Counted from the first letter of the stretch, positions 9,488 to 19,211 are shown. The stretch is DNA of 64,000 nucleotides from Spirochaetia bacterium (GCA_963675665.1 OY776510.1:2720001-2784000), one strand, 5' to 3'. Made by a program: numbers and translations. The notes: generated from the letters alone by a model not told the origin.

Positions 9488-10579
9488 TTAGAGACTGAAA
9501 TCAAGTTTGTTGCGTGTTTTAAACCGTTCTTCGCCGAGTTCAATCAGTAAATCAAGCATCTCTGAATAGGGTAGTCCGCCGGCTTCGCACATCTTCGAAA
9601 ACATACTGATATTGGTAAATCCCGGTATTGTATTTATCTCGTTCAGAAGCAGTTTTTCTGTTTTTCGGTCGATAAAAAAATCCACCCTGGCCATTCCTTC
9701 AATACCTGCAACAGTATATGCTTTAACGGCTGTGGTTTTGACTTCTTCGATCATTTTCGGAGCAAGTTTAGCCGGTATCAGCAATGCGGCCCCATTTTCA
9801 TCTATATATTTGGCTTCATAGTCGTAAAATTCATGTGTAGGCGCAATTTCACCCGGCAGGTAGGCTACGGCTGTCATGTTGCCTGTTACAGAACACTCAA
9901 TTTCCCTGGCATCGACAGCGGGTTCAACCATAATTCTATTGTCGAATTTAAACGCTTTATGCACTGCCGCCATGAATTCTTCATTATTTGCGGCTTTGCT
10001 TATTCCTACTGAAGAGCCGGCGCGAACAGGCTTTATGAAAACAGGAAAACCGAATTTTTGTTTTGTTTCTTCTGCAAAATTTTCAAGTGAAAAATCTTTA
10101 TCATTCAGCTGCTCGGAATTCATAGACAAAAAAGGAACTGTATCAAGCCCTTCGGAGACCCATATTTTCTTTATTATCTCCTTGTCCATGCCGACGGAGC
10201 TTCCGAGTACGCCTGCTCCGGCATAGGGTATTTCCAGCAGTTCTATCAGTCCCTGCACAGTTCCGTCTTCTCCGAAAGTCCCGTGCAGAACAGGAAAAAT
10301 AAAATCTATTTCAAGTTTTAAATGGCCGGAAAAGAACCCCTGATTTGGTACTATATTGATAAGTTGCGATTTGTCAGATTTTAACGGCAGCAGTCCTGAT
10401 TTCTCCAGATCTTTTTCAGCATCCGGTTGAAGATACCATCCGCCTTTTTTATCTATACCGATGAGTATTTTGTTATATTTCTGATTATCGAGTTTGGTTA
10501 CTACCGAAGATGCAGAACGAATGGATACTTCATGTTCTCCGGATTTACCGCCGTACAGTATGCAAATATTTTTTTTCAT
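9488..10579 (-). CDS. ddl: D-alanine--D-alanine ligase
   Basis: 'GGKSGEHEVS', 'LHGTFGEDG', 'GSSVG', 'FYDYEAKY', 'NEINTIPGFT'. Confidence 0.95.
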   Translation of the reverse strand: MKKNICILYGGKSGEHEVSIRSASSVVTKLDNQKYNKILIGIDKKGGWYLQPDAEKDLEKSGLLPLKSDKSQLINIVPNQGFFSGHLKLEIDFIFPVLHGTFGEDGTVQGLIELLEIPYAGAGVLGSSVGMDKEIIKKIWVSEGLDTVPFLSMNSEQLNDKDFSLENFAEETKQKFGFPVFIKPVRAGSSVGISKAANNEEFMAAVHKAFKFDNRIMVEPAVDAREIECSVTGNMTAVAYLPGEIAPTHEFYDYEAKYIDENGAALLIPAKLAPKMIEEVKTTAVKAYTVAGIEGMARVDFFIDRKTEKLLLNEINTIPGFTNISMFSKMCEAGGLPYSEMLDLLIELGEERFKTRNKLDFSL

Positions 10580-10632
10580 TCTGATGCCTTCTTTTATAGG
10601 TAAATCAGTAGTATTATAATGCGTAACGGAGG

Positions 10633-11700
10633 TTGTTGCAATTGAAGAAACCGATTCTGCCTGAAAAGAGAATTGATCCGGCCACCTGGATATTTTTGTT
10701 ATATTTTGCTTTTTTGATTATTGTTTACAGGATTTCTCCGGTTATCATAGGTGCTGTAGTGCTGGGATTGTATCTTTCCATGATAATCATGGTGCCGGCC
10801 AGAATTCTAATGAAAATAAAATGGATAAAACGCGGAGCAGCTGTAACGATTTCAGCGATACTCGTGTTTGCGCTTTTATCAGTGACGATAATCATGATTT
10901 TCCCGATTTTGATAGACGAAGCTTCCAAGCTTTTTACAAGCCTGTCATCCGGTACAGTTTCAATTGATTCCATTTTTAACAGTCTCCCTGATTTTATGAA
11001 GAATCTGAAAGATAATACCCAAGTTCTGAGTTTCCTTCAGGATTTGGGAGAAAGCATTATTTCTGCATTTTCCTCTTTCGGTATGAGGTTGTTAAATACA
11101 ATTGTAAGCCGGATTCCTGATACCTTAACAGCCGTTATTATTTTCATTATTGCCTCGGCATACCTTACGGCACTTATGCCCATTTTCAAAAAAAACCTCT
11201 GGAGATTTTTCCCGGGGTCAACAAGAGCAAAATCAATCAGGTTCATAGAGAATTATTATTCAACCATCAAGTCTTTTATTGGCGGGCAGCTGATTATAGC
11301 AGCGGCCGTCGGGCTTATAATCGGGGTCGGTTTCAGGATAGCCGGAATACCGTATTCAGTTTTTCTGGGATTTCTTTCGTTTATTACGAATTTCATACCT
11401 TTTTTCGGAGTAATTATCGCTGCTGTTCCCGCGATTTTCCTGGGGCTGTCAAATTACGGCGTCATGGGGTTGGTCAGGGTAGGTGTTGTGCTATTGCTTG
11501 CAAACCAGATTGAGTCATGGGTACTGCAACCCAGGATTCAGGGAGACAGGATGGAGCTTAACTGGTTTGTAATCCTGATTGGTATCCTGCTGTTCGGCAG
11601 TATGTTCGGTTTTATTGGGGTCTTGTTCGCGGTACCCATTATGGTTTTTATAAAGGAGTTCTGGATATCCTACGTTCAGGAAGCGTTCAAAAGAAGGTGA
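10633..11700 (+). CDS. AI-2E (UPF0118/PerM) family transporter
   Basis: Hydrophobic profile; 'NFIPFFG', 'QIESWVLQPRIQG', 'FGFIGVLFAVP'. Confidence 0.9.
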   Translation: MLQLKKPILPEKRIDPATWIFLLYFAFLIIVYRISPVIIGAVVLGLYLSMIIMVPARILMKIKWIKRGAAVTISAILVFALLSVTIIMIFPILIDEASKLFTSLSSGTVSIDSIFNSLPDFMKNLKDNTQVLSFLQDLGESIISAFSSFGMRLLNTIVSRIPDTLTAVIIFIIASAYLTALMPIFKKNLWRFFPGSTRAKSIRFIENYYSTIKSFIGGQLIIAAAVGLIIGVGFRIAGIPYSVFLGFLSFITNFIPFFGVIIAAVPAIFLGLSNYGVMGLVRVGVVLLLANQIESWVLQPRIQGDRMELNWFVILIGILLFGSMFGFIGVLFAVPIMVFIKEFWISYVQEAFKRR

Positions 11701-11713
11701 ACAGCCTGGAAAT

Positions 11714-13273
11714 TTAATTTGATTCCCTTAAAACTTCTTCAGCAACTGCCTGCTCATCCCATGGAATCGGACCGTCGGCGTAGATAATGCTGCTCTCATG
11801 CCCCTTTCCGAGAAGTATCACGGTATCGTCTGCTCCGGCAAGAGCAAAGGCTTTGGAAATTGCAGCCCTGCGGTCGGGAACAAGTAGCAGGTTTTTATTA
11901 TTCTGAAGCGGAAGCATTACTCCCCTCGGGGCTTTCATCGCTCCCGCGGCAATCTCTTTTATAATCGTCATGCCGTCCTCTCCGCGCGGGTCTTCATCGG
12001 TCAGAACGAGTATGTCCGCGTATTCAGCGGCAATCTGTCCCTGTTCGGGACGTTTGTCAACATCGCGCTCGCCGGCTGAGCCAAAAACGGCAATCAGCCT
12101 GCCGCAAGTCTGTTTGCGCATGTCAGGAAACAGCCTGAGAAATGCGCCCGGCGTATGCGCATAATCAACAATTACTGTAAACGGTTGACCGCAGTTGATT
12201 ACCTTCATGCGCCCTTTGACCGCCGACAGTTTTGGAAGCAGTTCCGAAATTTTTTCCGGGGAGTTCCCAGTCAGCCTGTAGACTGCCGCGAAAGATTCAA
12301 GAGCGTTCTCAATATTAAAAAGTCCGGGTAGTTTTATAGATGTTTTTATCGTATGCGGAACACCGTCAGCCGATGCTTCCGCGTTTATATTTATCCTGAA
12401 TGAAGAGCCGTCTGATGAAGTATTGATTTTGTCGGCAAAGAAATCAGCAGAGGATTCTTTCAGACTGCATGTGTAAACCCTGACAGGTGCTTCGTCGATG
12501 AAATATTGAGCATTCGAATCATCAAGATTCACAACACCGAAACCCGTTGGTTTCAGTTTTCGGAAGAGATTAGCTTTATCATCTCTGTATTGTTCAAGTG
12601 TTCCGTGAAACTCCAGGTGCTCATGGCTGAGGTTTGTAAAAACTGCCGCGTCAAATTTTATTTCACCCAGTCGGTTGTTTTTTTTCGACAGCCCGTGGGA
12701 TGTGGTTTCAATAACGGTATGTGTTTTAGCGTTTCCAATCATCTGAAACAACATCATGTTAATTTCAACTGCTTCAGGGGTAGACTGCCGGTAGGGATTT
12801 TTTTCTATCAGCGCTCCGCTTTTGCACGCTGCTGTTGAAATAAAACCGCTTTTTAACCCGCAGAGTTCAAGCAGCTGATCCAGAAAATATACAGTTGAGG
12901 TTTTGCCGTCAGTGCCGGTAACCCCTATTGTTGTCAGTTTTTCAGAAGGTTTGTCGTAGAATGCTGCAGCTATCGCCGCCATTGCAGTTCTTGTATTTGT
13001 CGTACGGACAAAGACTGCATCATTCCTGTCTTCAAATTCAGTATCTTTTTCAGGGTCGGAGTAGAGCACTGCCGCGGCCCCTGCAGCAATAGCCCTGTCG
13101 ATAAAGTTGTGCCCGTCAACATGTATACCGGGCAGGGCAATAAAAAGGTGTCCGGGTTTTACCAGTCGGGAATCATACGCTATGCCGCTTATGACCGGAT
13201 CTGAGTTGCCTGATATAATTATATTGATATTGGCGGTTAAAGCTGATAATCTTTTCAGCGGACTGTTTTTCAT
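11714..13273 (-). CDS. murE: UDP-N-acetylmuramoyl-tripeptide synthetase (start revised to ATG at 13273; the longer ORF overlaps queD)
   Basis: 'YDSRLVKPG', 'GVTGTDGKTS', 'STPEA', 'FTNLSHEHLEFHG', 'VDYAHTP', 'TDEDPR', 'GKGHE'. Confidence 0.93.
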   Translation of the reverse strand: MKNSPLKRLSALTANINIIISGNSDPVISGIAYDSRLVKPGHLFIALPGIHVDGHNFIDRAIAAGAAAVLYSDPEKDTEFEDRNDAVFVRTTNTRTAMAAIAAAFYDKPSEKLTTIGVTGTDGKTSTVYFLDQLLELCGLKSGFISTAACKSGALIEKNPYRQSTPEAVEINMMLFQMIGNAKTHTVIETTSHGLSKKNNRLGEIKFDAAVFTNLSHEHLEFHGTLEQYRDDKANLFRKLKPTGFGVVNLDDSNAQYFIDEAPVRVYTCSLKESSADFFADKINTSSDGSSFRININAEASADGVPHTIKTSIKLPGLFNIENALESFAAVYRLTGNSPEKISELLPKLSAVKGRMKVINCGQPFTVIVDYAHTPGAFLRLFPDMRKQTCGRLIAVFGSAGERDVDKRPEQGQIAAEYADILVLTDEDPRGEDGMTIIKEIAAGAMKAPRGVMLPLQNNKNLLLVPDRRAAISKAFALAGADDTVILLGKGHESSIIYADGPIPWDEQAVAEEVLRESN

Positions 13274-13303
13274 TTGAACTGTATTATAGCCAACGGAGGA
13301 AAG

Positions 13304-13669
13304 ATGTTTCAAGTAAGAGTTGAAGATAATTTTGCTGCGGCTCATTTTCTTGTCAATTATCACGGTAAGTGCGAAAACCTTCATGGACATAATTACCGGG
13401 TAAGGGTATTCGCAGAAGGTCGTGAGCTTGATGAAGGCGGAATGCTGCTTGATTTTGGAGTGCTGAAGAAGAAGCTGAAGGAAGTTCTCGACAAGATTGA
13501 CCACAGCCTTCTTAATGAGAATAAATACTTCAACGAGCATGAACCAAGCGCAGAACTGATCGCTTTTCATATTTATAAATCACTTAAAGCCGAACTGCCG
13601 GGGGCACCGGTTTCAAGGGTTGAGGTTTTTGAAACCGAAAAAAATATGGCAGCCTATATTCCGGATTAA
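13304..13669 (+). CDS. queD: 6-carboxy-5,6,7,8-tetrahydropterin synthase (start ATG 13304 after GGAGG)
   Basis: 'FAAAHFL', 'CENLHGHNY', 'LDFG', 'DHSLLN', 'PSAE', 'ETE' motifs. Confidence 0.92.
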   Translation: MFQVRVEDNFAAAHFLVNYHGKCENLHGHNYRVRVFAEGRELDEGGMLLDFGVLKKKLKEVLDKIDHSLLNENKYFNEHEPSAELIAFHIYKSLKAELPGAPVSRVEVFETEKNMAAYIPD

Positions 13670-13672
13670 GAT

Positions 13673-15460
13673 TTGAAAGTCCTGTTGCCCGATCCGGAAA
13701 ATCCATACATAAAAAATCAACTGATTGCCTATATAGGCAATAAAAGAAGGCTGCTTGGATTTCTCGGCGAGGTGTTTTCCGAACTTGCCGATCGTTGTCC
13801 CGGCAGCGGGATACTACGCTTCGGCGACTGCTTTTCAGGAAGCGGTTCGGTTTCCAGACTCGCAAAGCTTATGGGATTCAGCGTAGCATCAAACGATTGG
13901 GAATTATATTCGAAAATTATAAATACGGTACATATAGGATTGTCGGTCGGAGAACTGGACGGATTGTTCTCTGCCGAAAAAAGTGTGAACCGCCGGTATC
14001 CCGGGGGCTTCAAAGAACTTCTATGTGAACTGAACGGTTTATCGCAGCCGGCTGAATCCGAACGTTATATAAGCCGTTTTTATGCTCCGCAACAGACCGT
14101 TTCGGCGGATTACCGCTACGAGAGGTTGTTTTATACAAGCGAGAATGCTCTTTTCATAGACGCGGTCAGGAACCGGATAGAGAAGTGGTTCCCCGGCTGG
14201 GACCTGCCTGCAGAGGATTTTACCCGTAAATGCGCCCTTCTTGCGCCGCTGTTATACCAGGCCGCAACCCATGCGAATACAAACGGTGTTTTCAAGGCGT
14301 ATCATAAAGGCTTCGGCGGGCACGGAGGAGACGCGTTAACCAGGATTATGGCCCCGATGAAGCTGCAGGCGCCGCTTCTGGCAGATGCTGTATCAGGGCG
14401 GCGCTATGATGTTGAATGCACGGATGCGGTTGAATTTGCTGCTGCTTATACTGGAAGGAAAAGTTTTGATATTTGTTACCTTGACCCTCCGTATAATCAG
14501 CACCAATACGGCAGCAATTATTTCATGCTCAATACAATAGCGCTCTGGGACAAACCAGATGTTCCAATGGAGCGCGATACGGACGGCAAGCTGAGGATAA
14601 AAGCCGGAATAAGACCTGACTGGACTGAAACAAAATCAGGGTTCTGTTACAGAAAAACAGCTCCTTCAGAACTTAAACGCCTTCTTGAAAATATTGATGC
14701 CCGGTTTATTGTGTTAAGCTACAACACGGAAGGAATAATACCTTTCAATGAGTTATTTGAGATTCTGAACAGTTCAGGAAAGACTGAGATTTTCTGTCGC
14801 GATTACATTATCTATCGGGGAGGGAAACAAAGTCTGGGCCGTTCCAACAGGAACGTTGAGTTTCAGCTTGTGCTTTCAAGAAAGGAACAGCCCGGCAAGT
14901 CGGACCGTGAAGCAGTTATCAGAATCCTGTTGATTCGCTCTGTTATTTCTCTGATGAATGAAGCCTTCGTTCCGGCAAGGCTTATAAAGGAATTCAGCTG
15001 TATAGACGGTAATGTTGAGCTTGTGCGTTCAGTATCCGGAAAAACATCAGGAATATCAGCTGATACTGAAATGTATTACAGATTTATCAATATTCCCGAA
15101 ATTAAAAATCTTGAGTCTCTTTCTTTAAGTGAAATAAAAAGACTTCATGATAAGCTGGAAAAATGCCGCTGTACCGACAGAAGGGAAGAAGCTTCAGTTT
15201 TAATTAGTATGATCAGAAGTTGTTCCGTCGGAGGAAATGAACTGACGTTGGGAAGATACATGAGGCTCTGGAATAGTCTTTTCAGAATTGTAAGAAAATT
15301 TGCATTCAGGAAATACCGAAAAACCTTTGAGGATGTTTTAATCGAAATAAAACGGCTTGTTGCTGAAGAAGAGGCCGCCGGTAAAATTTCAAACCGGAAA
15401 ACACTGGAAAGAAAAGTTTGTGAACTGGAAAAAGTTGCTCAGCTGAGGTTTTGGGGATAG
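13673..15460 (+). CDS. Orphan N6-adenine DNA methyltransferase (D12/alpha class) with ~190 aa C-terminal extension
   Basis: 'YIGNKRRLL', SAM-binding 'DCFSGSGSVS', catalytic 'YLDPPY'; no adjacent endonuclease. Confidence 0.88.
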   Translation: MKVLLPDPENPYIKNQLIAYIGNKRRLLGFLGEVFSELADRCPGSGILRFGDCFSGSGSVSRLAKLMGFSVASNDWELYSKIINTVHIGLSVGELDGLFSAEKSVNRRYPGGFKELLCELNGLSQPAESERYISRFYAPQQTVSADYRYERLFYTSENALFIDAVRNRIEKWFPGWDLPAEDFTRKCALLAPLLYQAATHANTNGVFKAYHKGFGGHGGDALTRIMAPMKLQAPLLADAVSGRRYDVECTDAVEFAAAYTGRKSFDICYLDPPYNQHQYGSNYFMLNTIALWDKPDVPMERDTDGKLRIKAGIRPDWTETKSGFCYRKTAPSELKRLLENIDARFIVLSYNTEGIIPFNELFEILNSSGKTEIFCRDYIIYRGGKQSLGRSNRNVEFQLVLSRKEQPGKSDREAVIRILLIRSVISLMNEAFVPARLIKEFSCIDGNVELVRSVSGKTSGISADTEMYYRFINIPEIKNLESLSLSEIKRLHDKLEKCRCTDRREEASVLISMIRSCSVGGNELTLGRYMRLWNSLFRIVRKFAFRKYRKTFEDVLIEIKRLVAEEEAAGKISNRKTLERKVCELEKVAQLRFWG

Positions 15461-15480
15461 CAGGGGGTTGCTTTTTCAGT

Positions 15481-15960
15481 TTATACCGTTCTGTTTATAT
15501 AGGATGAATAATCTTTCAATACAGGTTTATAATCCGACTTGAAAAGAGGCGATGAAATTATATAATCAGCTGTAGCCCGGTTGTTTGCTATAGGCACATT
15601 GTAAAGTACTGCTATCCTTGACAGGGCTTTTACATCTACATCGTGCGGTTGGGGCTGCATCGGGTCCCACAGGAAAATCATCATGTCGATTTTCCCCTCG
15701 GATATCAGCGCCCCAAGCTGCTGGTCTCCGCCGAGCGGTCCCGATTTCATCTTTTCAAGATGCAGATCCTTTTCCGTGTATTTATTTGTATCGCTGTGGC
15801 GAGCTATTTTTGCAAGGATTGCCTGCTCTATCATTCCGCCTGTAGTACCGGTACAGTAAAGTTTGTGGGGGATAAGGTTTTCCCAATTGTATTCAACCCA
15901 TTCAATGAGGTCTTTTTTTCTATTATCATGCGCAACCAGGGCAATTCTTTTCTGTTTCAT
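15481..15960 (-). CDS. mgsA: Methylglyoxal synthase
   Basis: 'IALVAHDNRK', 'TGTTG', 'SGPLGGDQQ', 'QPHDVDVKAL'. Confidence 0.96.
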   Translation of the reverse strand: MKQKRIALVAHDNRKKDLIEWVEYNWENLIPHKLYCTGTTGGMIEQAILAKIARHSDTNKYTEKDLHLEKMKSGPLGGDQQLGALISEGKIDMMIFLWDPMQPQPHDVDVKALSRIAVLYNVPIANNRATADYIISSPLFKSDYKPVLKDYSSYINRTV

Positions 15961-16048
15961 GCTGTGATGATAATCTTTTTAGATATTTAGCTCAATATAA
16001 TGCTATTATTAATGTTATCATTATTCAGCTTTGCATAGGAGAGCATAT

Positions 16049-16459
16049 ATGAAATTGAACGAAAATCTTACAGGATTTCAACATCTTGGGATTCCTGTTT
16101 CCAACATCGAAAAATCCATCGAGTTTTATTCCACGATAGGTTTTAATGTTTTGAGCAGGTATGAGCTGCAGGAAAACGGCGGAACGACATTTGTCGCTTT
16201 TATCGATCTGAACGGGTTCTGTATTGAAATATTCCAGCCGGCCGGAGGCTTCGAGAAGGGAAGGGGAGAAACGGGTCCGATAGACCATCTTGCGCTGAAT
16301 GTTAACGATATAGATGAAGCATTTACCGCTGTAAAGGATATGGGATTTGCACCGATGAGCGACTCTCCGATTTTTTTGCCGCTTCAAAAAAACGGAGTGA
16401 AGTTTTTTATCATTCAGGGTCCTGACGGAGAGAAGGTGGAATTTAACCAGATGCTTTAA
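16049..16459 (+). CDS. VOC/glyoxalase family protein (start ATG 16049 after AGGAGAG)
   Basis: 'QHLGIPV', 'IEIFQ', 'IDHLALNV', 'GPDGEKVEF' give the H/E/H/E metal ligand set. Confidence 0.9.
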   Translation: MKLNENLTGFQHLGIPVSNIEKSIEFYSTIGFNVLSRYELQENGGTTFVAFIDLNGFCIEIFQPAGGFEKGRGETGPIDHLALNVNDIDEAFTAVKDMGFAPMSDSPIFLPLQKNGVKFFIIQGPDGEKVEFNQML

Positions 16460-16488
16460 CAAATGGACATCAGATGTCCATTTGTTAA
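16456..16488. repeat. Perfect 16-bp inverted repeat with 1-nt centre between convergent genes
   Basis: TTAACAAATGGACATC-A-GATGTCCATTTGTTAA. Confidence 0.9.
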
Positions 16489-16516
16489 TAAAAGAAGCTG
16501 TTAAAAATTTCAGGCT

Positions 16517-17230
16517 TTATTCAATCTCAAATTTGACTGTAACTTGGGCATCGATTATTTTTTCGCCGGGAGCGGTAATCAGACTGTTGGATGTTTTCAG
16601 ACCGCCGAAGCCTTCGGAATACATCGGCATGCCTCCGTACCATGGAGTCTCCTCAATACTGATAATTCTTCCCAAAGACACGCCCGCCATTTCTGCAGTC
16701 TCAAGAGCAAGGGTTTTTGCATCTTCAACAGCAAGTTTTCGGGCATCCTTTCTTAACGGATCCGGTTCGCTGACAGCATATTCAAGTCCGTAAAACTGGT
16801 TTGCCCCGGCATCAAGTGCGTCCTGAATAAAGTTCCCGATTTTTTCAATGTCCCTGAGCGTGATGAAAATGTTATTATTAACATTATAAACTCCGTTTTC
16901 AGGCGACTGCTCGGGGTTATAAGGCTGCTGATAATAAACTGAAAAATTTGATGTACTGAAATCGGCAGCATCTATTTCGTATTTTTCTATCACTTCAATA
17001 ATAAGATTAATGCGGGAATTGTTGTCTTCAATTGCCGCACTCAGGTTTGAATTCATGCTTTGAACCCCAAGATTCAGTCTAACTATATCCGGTGCGGCTG
17101 AAACAGAACCTTCGCCCCTGACTGTTATTGATCGCTGCGGGATCTCTATTTCACCTTCAGCTGCTGCGGACTGAACTGCAAAAAAAAAGGATGAAATTAT
17201 TAACAGGAAGACAATAGTCTTTTTATTCAT
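16517..17230 (-). CDS. SIMPL (DUF541) domain periplasmic protein
   Basis: Signal peptide; 'ITVRGEGSVSAAPD', 'AGAN', 'AVEDAK..A..AG..LG', 'PGE...V.V.F'. Confidence 0.92.
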   Translation of the reverse strand: MNKKTIVFLLIISSFFFAVQSAAAEGEIEIPQRSITVRGEGSVSAAPDIVRLNLGVQSMNSNLSAAIEDNNSRINLIIEVIEKYEIDAADFSTSNFSVYYQQPYNPEQSPENGVYNVNNNIFITLRDIEKIGNFIQDALDAGANQFYGLEYAVSEPDPLRKDARKLAVEDAKTLALETAEMAGVSLGRIISIEETPWYGGMPMYSEGFGGLKTSNSLITAPGEKIIDAQVTVKFEIE

Positions 17231-17365
17231 TTTTTTCCTCCGGAAACAAGTATATTCCGTATAAACAGGAAATTCCAGAAAGAACGGTTTTTGAGTGAAC
17301 AGTTTTTAAGGCGACATGCTGCTGTGGTTCTGCAAATGCTTTACAGCAAATGCTTTTAAGCATAA

Positions 17366-17394
17366 TTGACTTAAGCCCATCAATCCTGTAGGAT
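17366..17394 (+). promoter_or_regulatory. Sigma70-type promoter of DEAD-box helicase (about 100 nt 5' UTR)
   Basis: TTGACT-N17-TAGGAT. Confidence 0.6.
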
Positions 17395-17502
17395 ATGGAC
17401 ACCTTCTAAAATTGATTTTAAATAACAAAATCAATAATGCACTTCCGAACATAAAGAAGCTTTTAGAAACAACATCCCTGGACCTGTAAAACGTTCAGAA
17501 GG

Positions 17503-19206
17503 ATGAATAAGGAATATATATTGAAATTTACAGAACTTAATCTGGACTCCCGGGTACAAAAGGCTATCGAAGAGCTTGGCTTCGAGTATCCTACGCCAAT
17601 ACAGGAAAAAGTAATTCCCAGGATTATTGAAAATACCGGAGATATTATCGGATTGGCTCAAACCGGAACCGGGAAAACTGCAGCATTCAGTTTACCGGTG
17701 CTGGAAAAAATTGAGACGGAAACCCGTGGGGTTCAGGCTCTTGTTCTCTGCCCGACAAGGGAGCTTTGCCTGCAGATAGCGCGCGATGTTGAGAGTTATA
17801 CAAAGTACATTCGTGGATTCCGGGTTGCAACTGTTTACGGCGGTGCAGCTTACGGTCCCCAGATTAAGGACCTGAAAGCAGGCGCCCAGTTTGTGATTGC
17901 CACCCCCGGCCGTCTTGCTGATCTTATAAATAAGGACCATGTTGATTTTTCCGCGCTGAAATATCTTGTTCTTGATGAAGCTGACATTATGTTGAATATG
18001 GGATTCAAGGATGAGCTCGATGCCATTGTTGAGGCCCTGCCGTTTAATCGCATAAGCCTTCTGTTTTCAGCGACCATGCCGCATGAAGTGGATGAAATTG
18101 CACGCAGATACATGCATGATGCGGAGGAAGTGTCGGTAGGAAAAAAGAACGCCGGAGCTGAAACGGTTACACATTTATATTATACGGTCCATGCAAGGGA
18201 AAAATTCCAGGCGTTGAAGCGGCTTGTTGACTATTACCCGGGAATATACGGGATTGTCTTCTGTAAAACCCGGGCATCAGCACGTGATATTGCTGAAAAG
18301 ATGATCAAGGAAGGCTACAGCGCCGATGCGCTTCACGGCGATTTATCACAGGAGCAGCGTGAGTATATTATGGGTAAATTCCGCGAACGCGGATTGCAAC
18401 TGCTGATTGCTACAGATGTTGCTGCCCGCGGACTTGACGTAAAAGACCTCACGCATGTAATTAACTATGATCTTCCCGATGAAATTGAAATTTATAATCA
18501 CCGCAGCGGACGGACCGGCAGAGCGGGCAGCACGGGGATCTCGCTTGCCATAATAAACATGAAAGAGCGCGGTAGAATCAGAAGAATAGAGCAAAACCTG
18601 GGCCGCAAAATTACAGAATCACAGGTGCCTGGCAAACAGGAGATTTGTGAGGCGCAGCTTCTGGCGCTGATAGAAAAAGTTCAGAATGTTAATGTAGACG
18701 AAAAACTGATTGCCCCTTATATGGATGTAATTGAGCAGAAGCTTGCCGGTTTTACCGGCGAAGAACTTGTAAAGAAGTTTGTATCGCTTGAATTCAACCG
18801 GTTTCTGGATTTTTATAAAAACCTTGAAGATATGAAACCTGTAAAACGCGGCTCCGAGCTGAGCCGTGATGCCAACAGGAAATATTCAAGAGAAAGGCGA
18901 GACGACCGCGGATATAAAGGCCATCGGGGTTCAGACGGAAATCCCCGCGGACGCAGGAAAGACAGTCGAGGGGCCGACGGAGATTATCAGTGGTTGAAGA
19001 TAAACCTTGGAAAACGCGATGGAATATCCGCCCCGGAGCTTATGAAAATTATTAATCAGAACACACGTGGGAAATCGGTTGATCTCGGCCGTATTGATAT
19101 TCAGCCGTCGAGCACACGCTTCCAGGTAGAAAAAGGGGCGGCGGAATTCCTTTCATCGGTATTACGCAGGAAGGTCTACAACGGCCGCCGGCTAAGAATA
19201 GACTAG
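17503..19206 (+). CDS. DEAD-box RNA helicase with C-terminal DbpA-type RNA-binding domain (DeaD/CsdA-like)
   Basis: 'AQTGTGKT', 'PTREL', 'DEAD', 'SAT', 'HRSGRTGRAG', C-terminal 'INLGKRDG'. Confidence 0.95.
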   Translation: MNKEYILKFTELNLDSRVQKAIEELGFEYPTPIQEKVIPRIIENTGDIIGLAQTGTGKTAAFSLPVLEKIETETRGVQALVLCPTRELCLQIARDVESYTKYIRGFRVATVYGGAAYGPQIKDLKAGAQFVIATPGRLADLINKDHVDFSALKYLVLDEADIMLNMGFKDELDAIVEALPFNRISLLFSATMPHEVDEIARRYMHDAEEVSVGKKNAGAETVTHLYYTVHAREKFQALKRLVDYYPGIYGIVFCKTRASARDIAEKMIKEGYSADALHGDLSQEQREYIMGKFRERGLQLLIATDVAARGLDVKDLTHVINYDLPDEIEIYNHRSGRTGRAGSTGISLAIINMKERGRIRRIEQNLGRKITESQVPGKQEICEAQLLALIEKVQNVNVDEKLIAPYMDVIEQKLAGFTGEELVKKFVSLEFNRFLDFYKNLEDMKPVKRGSELSRDANRKYSRERRDDRGYKGHRGSDGNPRGRRKDSRGADGDYQWLKINLGKRDGISAPELMKIINQNTRGKSVDLGRIDIQPSSTRFQVEKGAAEFLSSVLRRKVYNGRRLRID

Positions 19207-19211
19207 GACAT

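Noticed and set aside
13274-13570. Apparent 99-aa N-terminal extension of MurE overlapping queD on the opposite strand
   Set aside because: The extension is the antisense of queD with no MurE-like features; ATG 13273 has a plausible promoter.
13673-15460. Complete restriction-modification or dpd island
   Set aside because: No endonuclease, specificity subunit or dpd genes are adjacent.
16025-16462. 145-aa ORF antisense to the VOC gene
   Set aside because: Shadow ORF without motifs; the plus-strand VOC gene has clear metal-binding motifs.
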